64,000 bases of DNA from Lama guanicoe (lineage: Eukaryota), in contig MU053934.1 in assembly GCA_013239625.1 (NCBI GenBank), positions 2,994,399 to 3,058,398 of the forward strand, given 5' to 3'. Below are positions 28,401-38,280 of this stretch, one piece after another. Every line of letters begins with the position of its first letter. The first letter of the stretch is position 1. Below the pieces are notes generated by a model. It was not told where the DNA came from and made no database searches. It saw nothing but the letters and a program-made list of their open reading frames with translations. Position numbers and translations under genes: made by a program.

Positions 28401-28972
28401 TGTGGCCTCAGGCTCCATGGGCCTCCTGATGGGTTCAGGGCAGCACTGTGCCTGAGCGCAGGTAAACAGGCCAGAGGCAGGAGCCAGGCATTGCCTACCC
28501 CGCCCCGCCCTGTGGGCACCCTGGAGGCTGGCAGGCAGGTGCGGGAGATCTGAGCTCTCCCTAGAGGCCCGTTGCCTGGTGACATTCCTGCCTGGTTACA
28601 GCCCCTGGTCCCCTAGAGCATGAGGTGGGGGTGCCCGGGGACTGGGGGCTGTGCAGGGGCCCGGGTAGCGTGAGCAGGGGCTCACGTGGGCCTCCTTACC
28701 TAGACAGGAGAGGCCAGAGGAGCTAGTGGCCCAAGACAGAAAAGGAGGCTGGGCCCACGTGTTCTGGGGGCAGGAGGGGAGAAAGTGGAGTTGGGGTGGG
28801 GTTGAATGCTATTTTCTGCTTATCTGGAAACAAATTTTTTTTTAACTTCTTTTACGGCTGCACATCTTTACCCTTCCTACCTTAAGCATTTTAGCCTCTT
28901 CTTTCTTTTTTATTTAAATATAGTCAGTTTACAACATTGGGTCAATTTCCGGTGTATAATATAATGTTTCAG

Positions 28973-28974
<2 letters not shown>

Positions 28975-29023
<49 letters not shown>

Positions 29024-29080
29024 CACACACACACATTCCTTTTCATATATATATATATATATATACATACACACACACAC
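28975..29080. repeat. (TA)n/(CA)n compound microsatellite with internal duplication
   Basis: About 20 TA units then CA units; cacacattccttttcatat occurs twice. Confidence 0.9.
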
Positions 29081-29166
29081 ATTCCTTTTCATATTCTTTT
29101 TCATTATAGGTTACTACAAGATATTGAATATAGTTCCCTCTGCTATACAGAAGAAACTTGTTGTTT

Positions 29167-29703
29167 TGAGGCGGAAAGCCCCATAAAAGACCAGCAGGAC
29201 CCCAGGCAGGGCCACTGCTCTCCTCCCAGCACCATCCGGTTCCCTGGCCCAGAAGCTCTAACTCAGTTTTTGCCTCTAAAGTGGCTTACATCTAAAGTTC
29301 TATTGATTTCCTGAGCTCACTTCTGATTGGTTATTTCCTTCACTCCTGATTGGTTATTGCTCTCACTTCTGATTGGTCCACTCCCCTAACTTCTGATTGG
29401 TCCATTTGTAGTACTTCATTTGCATGGAGCTCACTCCTGATTGGTCTATTTCTACAAAGCTTGTTCCTGGTTGGTCAACTTCTGTTGTACTTTATTTGCA
29501 TATGATGTTGCAAAGTGTAAAACTGGCAGCCTATAAAAGGCCTGTGTAAACCTACAGACGGGAGTCCGGAGTTTGAAGTGTTCATTTCTGTGGGCTTGTT
29601 GGTGTAATGAACCTGAGTTCTCCAAGTCTGTGAGTGCTGCTTGGTGTCTTGCCCGGTTCCTGGTTGCTGTCACAAGTGAGCTGTAACACATTTTTCCACA
29701 ACA
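29167..29703 (+). mobile_element. Solo endogenous-retrovirus LTR (ERV1-like), 537 bp
   Basis: TG...CA termini, 4-bp TSD GTTT (29163-29166, 29704-29707), repeated CCAAT boxes, TATAAAA at 29532-29538. Confidence 0.88.
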
Positions 29704-30016
29704 GTTTATCTATTTAATAGATGTTAGGTTTTGCAAATCTCGAAGTCCTAATTTATCCGTTTTTACCCACTTCCTCCTCTGGTAACCACAAGTTTGTTTT
29801 CTATGCCTATGAGTCTGTTTCTGTTTTGTAAATAAGTTCATTTGTTTTTTTTTTTGGTTTGTTTTTTTTTTGTTGTTTTTAAGATTCCGCATATAAGCAA
29901 TCTCATGTATTTTTTTTTCTCTCTCTGGCTTACTTCACTTTGAAGGATGATCTCCAGGTCCATCAATGTTGCTGCAATAGCTGGAAATTATTTGAATTGC
30001 TACTCGATTCTAGAGA

Positions 30017-30304
30017 GCTGTGCTGTCCATTTTGGAGGCCTCTGGACACATGGGCTCTTGAGTGCCTGGGATGTGGCCCATCTGAACTGTGATGTCCCAC
30101 ATGGGTAAGATACACACCAGGTTTTGAAAACTGAGTGCATAGAATGTAAAATAGTTAAGAATTTTTTATGTTGAAGTGGTAACGTGTTGGCTATATTGGG
30201 TTAATAAAATGTATTATTAAAATTCATTTCACCTGCAAATTTTTTACGGTTTTTAATGTGACTGCAAGAGTATTGGAATCATAAGTGTGGTATTAAACAG
30301 AGCT
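30017..30304 (-). mobile_element. MER33-like hAT-Charlie DNA transposon
   Basis: ctgtgctgtcca...tatattgggttaataaaatgtattattaaaattcatttcacctg matches recalled MER33 consensus (reverse). Confidence 0.7.
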
Positions 30305-32010
30305 GCAGCAAAGATGGTGGGTTGGACATGACCGTGCTCCAAAGCACGTGTTGTGAACCAGCGGTTTCTGGGTGTCTACACTGACTGCCACCTCCAGACA
30401 GCGGAAGGGCTGGGCTTAGGCAGGGGTGCACCTTGGGGCTGGTAGGGATTCTGGGTGGGGAGCATCTTCCCTCACTTCTCTTATTCCTCAGTCCTGCCCA
30501 GAGCCTGACCTGGGACCTGGGACCTGGGAACAAGGACCCCAGCTTTGGCCCCCTCTCCATCACCCCCAGCCCAAGGCAATTTTCCCTGCTCCCTCCAACT
30601 TTTCCCCTCTTCTCAGGCCCTGACCCCACCCCCCTGCAAACATTCCAAGAGAGAGATGCTTAGGATGGGAGCAGGGAGCATTTAGGGGCAGAGAGACCCC
30701 TGGCCCTGCCTCTGCACCCCACCAAAGCAGCCCAGGCCCCGGACTAGGCAGGCTGGTTGCTGGACAGTCTTTGAAAAGCAGAAGGTCTTACGCAATCACG
30801 TCCTCTGTACTTGTCTGCCGCCTGGCCATCGATTGGCCACAGCCTGGGGGGAGGGGCTGGTACCAGGGCAGGGGATGGGGTGCAGGCAGCAAAACGCTAC
30901 CTGAGGCTTTTGAAACAGGCAAGAGTGCCAACTCTCTAAGAGCTCAGAGAGCAGTGAGTGGGGCTTGCCTGCCACTGAGACAGACTTGGCCTGGATACCC
31001 TTGTCCCTGAGACAAGAGGGACACATTCACAAACAGGGGGTGAGGTCCTCGCTGCTCCCCGGGAATCTGCATTTCACACTAACGCTGGGTCCCCTTGGTC
31101 TCCAGGGACAGAGAAGCCACAGGGAGGCCTGGTCGGTGAGGCTCGGAGACCAGGGGGCAGAGCAGGCTGGACCCAGCAGGACAGGAAAGACAGGTTTCAG
31201 CATGGCTACCACACACAGGTGACAAGGGTCCAGCCAGGGGCTGGAGAACAGAGGACCTGGTCAGAATCCCAGTCCCTCCATCTGTTGTGACCTGGCGAGG
31301 CACATCACCTCCCCACGCTGCCACCTTGTCACCTGTGGAACAGGGATGAGCAGGCCGGTTGTTGGAGGCAGAATGGAGGAGCTGGATGTGAATTGCAGGT
31401 GCTGGGCCTGGTGCACGGGAGGCCCTTGAAAAATGTTAGTTGCCTTTCTTTACATCTGAGGTTTTGGCGGAGTCAGGAGCACAGGCTGCCGTGTCCTCCC
31501 TCACGCTGCACTGCAGTCCTGGGATCACGGCCCTTCAGGTCCTGGCCGATGCTGTTGGGAGCGCTCACTACCGCCTAGGCACTGCGCCCAGCGCTTCCCA
31601 GGTTATTTAACTGACTTCTCACGACCACCCTTTTGTTGATGCCACTTTTAGCCCCAATTTGCAGAAACCGAGGCCCCGGTGAAATCTGAACTCACGACTC
31701 CCGGTTTATTAATTACGCAGACATGTATTAAGTGCCTACAAAGGGCCAGGCTGTGTTGGGCACTAGGCACAGGGACGTGGAAGAGACATGTCTGACTCCT
31801 GCCCAGGAGAGCTGGATGTCACATAAAAGTCCTTGATTCGAAAAGAAAAGGGTTGGCCATTAGCATCCCACTTCATAAGACATTCTGCAAATGAGCTGAC
31901 ACTCCGAGGAAGAAACCAAGGCGGGTGGCAACTCACACCCCGACTTCAGCTTGGGTGTCTCCCAGCAGGATGGGGGCCACCTGCCCTCCTGGTGGCACAG
32001 AGAAGATGCT

Positions 32011-32473
32011 TGTGATGTGTTGAATTGTGCTGCTCCCTCCAGTTTATATGTGGAACTCCTAACCCCCAGTACCTCCGGATGCGGCCTTATTTGTAAACAG
32101 GTTGCTGCAGATGTAATTAGTTATGATGAGGTCTTATTGGAGAAGTGGGGACCCCTACTCCAATATGACTGGTGTTCTTATAAAAAGGGGAAATTTGGAG
32201 ACACATACACACAGGGAGAGCCCGGTGAGGATGAAGGCAGAGACTGGTGTGATTTTCCACCGGTCAAGGCAGACCAAAAGCTTGCCAGTAAACCCCCAGG
32301 AAGGAGGAAAGAGACGTGGAGTGAGGTCTTCCTCACAGCCCCCAGAAAGAACCAACCCTCCCAGGGCCCTGACCTCGGACATCTCACCGCCAGAGGCATG
32401 AGCCATTACATCGCCATTGTTTAAGCCGCTCAGTTTGGGACACTTTGCTAAGCAGCCCCCGCAAACTAACACA
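32011..32473 (+). mobile_element. MaLR LTR (MLT1B/C-like)
   Basis: tgtgatgtgttgaattgtg...cctaacccccagtacctc...gactggtgttcttataaaa...gcaaactaacaca. Confidence 0.85.
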
Positions 32474-33035
32474 AGGCGCTGGGCAGAAGCCCGTGTGTGC
32501 TGCGTGAACACAGCAGGGGCTCACAACTGGCCGCCAAAGAGTCTGAAGAGCCAAATGTCTGCATTTTTATTGTCGGGCCTTCAGGCAATACAATGTCTTG
32601 AGCTTGGTCACGGTGGAGGAGGCTGGGGAAGACCACCCTGTCCCAGCTCAGGAAAGCCCCGCAGCGAGAACTCCGACAGCCTGGATGCTGCAGTTTCATG
32701 TTGTCACTCCCTGCTCTCCCCACCCCTAGACTGTGGGCTCCCCCAGGACAAAGGGTTTGTCTGTCTTGTCTCCTGCTGGACCCCAGCTTAGAACAGTGCC
32801 TGGCTCACAGGACAACCAAAGATTTGTCAAGTGGACAACTAACAGTTACTATCTACTCCATTGATGATGACACAGTATTTTGAGCTCTGGGCCCCCAGTT
32901 GGGCCCTCCCCAGTGATGCTTCCAGTCCCGGCTCGGGAGAGGGAAGAAGAAGAGACCGAGGTTCTGAGTGGAGAAGTTGGCCTGCCCCAGGATGCACAGC
33001 CCATTGCAGATGGAACTGGTCTCTTTGATGGGAAG

Positions 33036-33481
33036 TGTATCCGTTTCCTAGGCTGCAGGTAACAAATTACTGTAAACTGGGTGTTTTAAAACAACAGGAA
33101 TTTATTCTCTCACAGCTCTGGAGGGGAGACCAGAATCAAATGTCAGTCCATTCCTTCCATGAAGGCTCTAGAAAGAATCCTCCCTTGCCTCTTCCTAGCT
33201 TCTGGCTGTTGCCAGTGATCCTTGGCATTTCTTGGCTTGGAGAAGCATCATTCCGACCTCTGACCCTATCATCATGTGGCCTCTTCCCTGTGTGTCTGTG
33301 TCTCTGGGTGCAAATCTCCTTCTTCTTATAACGACCCATCATCTTGGATTCAGGGCCCACTCTAACCCACTACGAAGTCACCTTTGCTGGCTTACATCTG
33401 CAAGGGCCATGTGTCTAAATAAGGTCACGTCCACAGGTTCCCGTGAATGTTGGTTCTGGGGACACTATTCAGTCCAGCACA
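33036..33481 (-). mobile_element. MaLR LTR (MLT1-like)
   Basis: tgtat...ttaaaacaacaggaatttattctctcacag...cactattcagtccagcaca; near-TSD GGAAG/GGGAG. Confidence 0.82.
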
Positions 33482-33771
33482 GGGAGTGATGTGCTATTCC
33501 AGCGGGATCAGGCTGGGAGGCAGTGGGAGAGCCCCCCTCGTAGTCAGCCTGTCCAGAGCTCAAGGAGGCCACTGCGGGTGGAGCTGGGAGTCCAGTACAC
33601 CCTGCAGAAGGTTCTCGACTGGCTGAGCTCCTCTCTGAAACCCTCCGAGGAAGCGCAGGGCGCACAAGCCTGGGGCTGCAGTGAGAGGTGAGGCGCGGGC
33701 TCGGGGCGCCCCCGCCAGCTGCTGTCTAGACAGTGTCTGGGAGGACGAAGCTCTTCTAGGCCCCACGGCGG

Positions 33772-34217
33772 TGTAGTCACTTTCTAGGACCGTCCTATAA
33801 AGATACCATCAGCAGGGTGGCTTAAAACAACAGAAATTCATTCTCTCACAGTTCTGGAGGCTACAAGTTCAAGATCAGGTGCCAACAGGAGCGCACCCTC
33901 TCAGAAGGCTCTAAGGGGGGATCCTTCCTGCCTCTTCCCAGCTCTGGCGGCTGCTGGCATCCTTGGCGTTGCTTGAGTGGTGGCAACGGAATTTCAAGCT
34001 CTGCCTCCGTTGTCATGTGGCTTTCTGCTGTGTGTCTTTCTCCATGACTCTCCTCCTCCTCCTCTTATAAGGACACCAGTCATATTGGATTAGGGCCGCC
34101 CTTGTGATCTCATCTTTACAGCCACAAAAATCTGTATTTCCAAATAAGGTCACATCCAGAGGTATCGGAGTTAGGACCTCCACATATATTTTGGGGGACA
34201 CTGTTGAGCCCATTACG
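33772..34217 (-). mobile_element. MaLR LTR (MLT1-like)
   Basis: ggcttaaaacaacagaaattcattctctcacagttctggaggc...aaataaggtcaca; perfect 5-bp TSD GGCGG (33767-33771, 34218-34222). Confidence 0.85.
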
Positions 34218-37200
34218 GGCGGGGTGAGAGGGTGGGAGCTGGCTGGTAATTGACAATGCCATGGTTCCCAAGGCCCTTGTCCACCCTGAGTCCTTGAGTC
34301 CCTTCCCAAGCCTGTTCTCTCTCTGCACCTGTGCTACCGCCCTCTTCGCTCTTGTCCCGCGCAAACACAGGTGTCACCTGCTCCCTTCGCCCTCCTGCAG
34401 CCTCTGGAGATTCCGTGTGGCTGGCAGGAAAGGAAACTCCATGAGCTTCACGCATTTTTCCTGTTGCCTTGACCGGGGTTTTCAGAGGCTGCCCAGGCAG
34501 GTGTCCCAGAGACCACCTCTGTCACCTCTGTCCAATGCACGTGTGCCTACTGTAACTCCCTTGCTTGTTCTTTAAACAGGTGTTAAGCACCTGCATGGTG
34601 CCGGCCTGTGCTCCCCTTGAGGCCATGAAACAAGCTCAGTGTCTGCCCTTGAGGTTGAGGGATGCAGCGCAGTCCAAGGGAGACAGACAGTGGGACAGAC
34701 AGCAGACGCTCTGTCCTCACAGCAGCAGATGACAGAGGACAGACTTAGGGATGCTCCGGAGTGCTAGGAGGAAGGAGAATCAGTCAGGATGGGCCGAGAT
34801 CTCCCTGGAGTCACCACCTTGGTGGCCTGACTTCCCTCATATGTAGAGGGATTTAAGGTCCCTATGGGCCTCTAGGACCCTTGCAGAGGGTCACAGAGAC
34901 TCTGTGACTTTACAGTACTGCTAACCAGACACAAGACTGGCCTTGCCCCTGAATAAGAAAAATGGCCACTTTACTTCATTTTACAGGTAAGAAAGTGGGG
35001 CTCATTTTCTCATGGTCACAACCAGGAAGTGCTGGGATTCAAACCCAGGACCCCCTGACTTCAGAGCCCCCTGACATCACCCAGTGTACGTGTGTTCCTC
35101 CTTCCTCACTACCCCACCCCTCCTGGCCCCCTCACCCCTTGAGCTGCAGCCCTGGCCTCTGGCCTCTGTCAGCTGGGGGATTGTTCACGGGCCCCTGGCC
35201 CGCCTGGGCTGCTTTCCCAGCCAGGTGGTCAGGGGAGTGGCTTCTGATCATGGGTTTGGGGTTTGAGAGGCGCCGCTGGGGACACAGAATGGAAACTCTT
35301 CATGCGTCATTCAGCCTGCCTCCTGCCCTGTGGGGTCCCAGCAGGAGGGGCTCCGGGCAGGGGGTAGGTGGTGGGGAGGGGACTAGCCAAAGTCACATGG
35401 AAAGGCTGCGGCAGGGTTGGGCCTGGAACCCACGTCTCCTGGTTCCCAGTCCTGTGTTCTTCCTTGCCCTCTGTCCAGAAATCAGTGTTTAAAAAAATAA
35501 AGTTACAGGGCAATATCATTACTGAACATGCAAGTCCTTAGGTAGAGAGTTAATAGAAATTTCCAAGGCACACAGAACTCCAGTTTCCAACATATGTGTA
35601 ATATTTTTGCCTCACAATATTGTTGCAGCCAGAGTTCCTCCCCTATAGGCAGTTCAGTTTGAGGATCATTCTCTTGCCCCTCTCTCCCCTCCTTTTTTAT
35701 TTCCTACCTTCTCTCACTCATTCACAATCTACACATTTACTCCATGAACATCCTGTGGCAGGTGATGGGATGCAGTGATGGATGGGATGCCCAGGATCAA
35801 GGCCAGCAAAGGCTCATGGCGGGGCTCAGGGAACACAGGAGTGGGAGGAGGGAGCGCCCAGCCCAGCCGACGTCAGGAAGAGGCGACTTTTGCAATAAAT
35901 CCGATGGGATTATTGTCCTTCATTCCTCCTTATCTAAGCAGACACATTTTTCTTGGCCTGCTTGCGTTCTAAACTTATTTAAAAAGTTAGTTACCAATAT
36001 TTCAAAATCAGGACAGTACACATAAAAAGCTGAATTTCCAGCTTCTCTTAAACATTTAGGAGATCTGGCCTGCATCCCAGCATGGGCCCCATCAGTGGTG
36101 GCTGCCCTGAGCAATTTCAGATTGACACAGACCCCACCACTCCCAACTGTCTCCCACTGTATGGGTTAAAAAACACAGGTACTGAAGTCAGAAGCCTGGA
36201 TTCAAGTTCTGACTCTGACCTTGAGTTACAAGATATTTGATCTTGTTGTGCCTCTGTTTCCTCATAGGGAAAATGAGACAATAATCGTAAATGACGTGGA
36301 AATTGAAAGAGATAACTTCTGTGAGGAACTTAGAACAGTGCCTGCCCCTACTAAGTGCTCACTACACGTTGCTGTAGTCATTTTCAGCACGGTTGCCCCC
36401 TCTGCACCTGCATCTGAGTTTGGGATCCTAGCAGTGAAAGTTTCGTTGTTAATTTTGTATTTGCATAAATCACAAGCAATGGACTCCACTTGCTGACATT
36501 CTCAGTTCCTGGCTGGTTGCTCTGACCACTGAAGCTGGTGCTGTCCTGCACCGATTTTTACAAGAGCCACTGGACCCTTGGCTGGAGACACCCACCCAAA
36601 CACGGGTTGACCAACACCGAGCCCTGTCCCGAGCAATCTCAGCTCCCCGCTGTCCACATGTCCACCTTGAACAGTGCAGTGCACCCAGTAGAAGCTCAAT
36701 AAATGTGTCAGAATGAATGAGGAATGGGTTGCCTGCTGCAGAGTGGGCTACCAACCATGTCCCATGTGGCTCGTCTAATCAGTAACTCCCTCAATTTAAA
36801 ATTGAGATGGGGATCAGAGAGGAGAATCGCAGTGGCAAATCTCCTGGGCCATTTTACCAGAGCAAATGGGGACCCCCTCCCCATCCTTCTGGAGGCCATC
36901 AAACTGACTGGTTCAGCCAGAAAGGAGCTTCCAGGTAAGACAGATTCCCCTCCCCGGCACCTTTCACTGCAATTTATAGATAAAGAGATTGAGCCTCAAA
37001 GGGGACAAGTGGCTCAGAACCGGGACAAGTGGGACAGACTGAGTGCCCTTGGCCCTGGATTAGGCTGGTGGCAGCTAACATGACTGGATTTGAGAGGCAG
37101 GCAGAGGACCCGGTAACTTTCCTTCCTCCTTTGTCACACTGTCTGGAATCCCATCTTCAGAGATTCATCCTTTTGGGCTTTTGGATACCCATAGGGAGGG

Positions 37201-37828
37201 TCACACCTTAAACCATTATCCCCTGAGACCCTCCCAGGTGCTTGGGAGATGGACACTGAAGAGCAAGAAATTGGAAAGGGCAAGAGTGGGGAGGGGGCAG
37301 TAGAACCCCAGGCTGCTGCGGCATCCAGGTCAGCCCTGCCCCAAACAACATCACCCACATCAAAGAGGCTGCCCAGGAAGCACCTGCCTCCACACCTGCG
37401 GCCCTTGGGTTTCCCCTGGTCACAGCCCTGTCCCTGTCTGTCCCATCTCCCCTGAGGCCAGCTCGTCTCTTCCAATGCACACTCACTTCTCTAATCCTCA
37501 CAGCAGTCCTGGTACTTCCCCCCTTTTACAGTTGAGAAAACTGAGGCACAGAGAAGTTTAGGTACTTGCCCAGTGTCACTGCTGACAGATGGCAGAACCA
37601 AGATTTAATCCAGGCCATCCATGTCTAGAGCTGGTGCTTTAATTACCGCACCAGTTACCCCAACGGGACCACAGGGACCTCGGGGCCAGCTTGATGGCGT
37701 TTTGTCCACTACAGCATCCCCAGCACCCAGCATTGTGCCCTGTACATAGCAGGCCCTCAGTAAATGCATGTTGAATGAATCTTTCAGAACAATTCCTCCC
37801 TTTTGCAAGAGCCAACCTCAACCCACTG

Positions 37829-38280
37829 CAGTAGCCCCCCCTTATCTGTGGTTTCAGTTACTCGTGGTCAACCTCAGTCCCAAAATACTAGATGGAAAAT
37901 TCCAGAAATAAACAATTACCGAGTTTCAAATTGTATATCATCCCGCTCCGCTCCGCTCCACCCCATCCTGGCCGTGAATCATTCCTCTGTCCGACATAGC
38001 CTGCTCGTTAGTCATCTAGTAACTCGGTTATCAGGTTGGACTGTCGTGGTGTCTCAGAGTTATGTTCAAGTCACCCTTATCTTACTTATTAATGACCCCA
38101 AAGCTCAAGAGTAGTGATGCTGACAATTTGAATAATCTCTTACTGTGCTTCATTTGTAAATTAAACTTTATTATAAGGATGTATGTGTTAGTAAAAGCAT
38201 AGAAAACAGCACTATCCTGGGTTTCAGGCATCCACTGGGGGTCTGGAATGTGTCCCCCCCAAAATAAGGGTAGACTGCTG
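37829..38280. mobile_element. MER44/Tigger7-like TcMar DNA transposon
   Basis: TIR-like ends cagtagcccccccttat...ataagggtagactgctg; internal aaaattccagaaataaacaatt. Confidence 0.75.

Larger units (their letters stand above)
28905..29977 (-). mobile_element. 5'-truncated LINE-1 3' end, interrupted by a solo LTR and containing a (TA)n(CA)n microsatellite
   Basis: L1 3'UTR/ORF2-end sequence (ctggcttacttcactt...catcaatgttgctgcaa; gtaaccacaagtttgttttctat) resumes seamlessly either side of 29167-29703; similar to the L1 at 41942-42696. Confidence 0.85.

Noticed and set aside
32600..32650. P-loop-like peptide (GHGGG / LGKTTLSQL)
   Set aside because: Needs a frameshift to assemble, and no Walker B or G3/G4 motifs are nearby; revisit only if the 33557 segment finds a homolog
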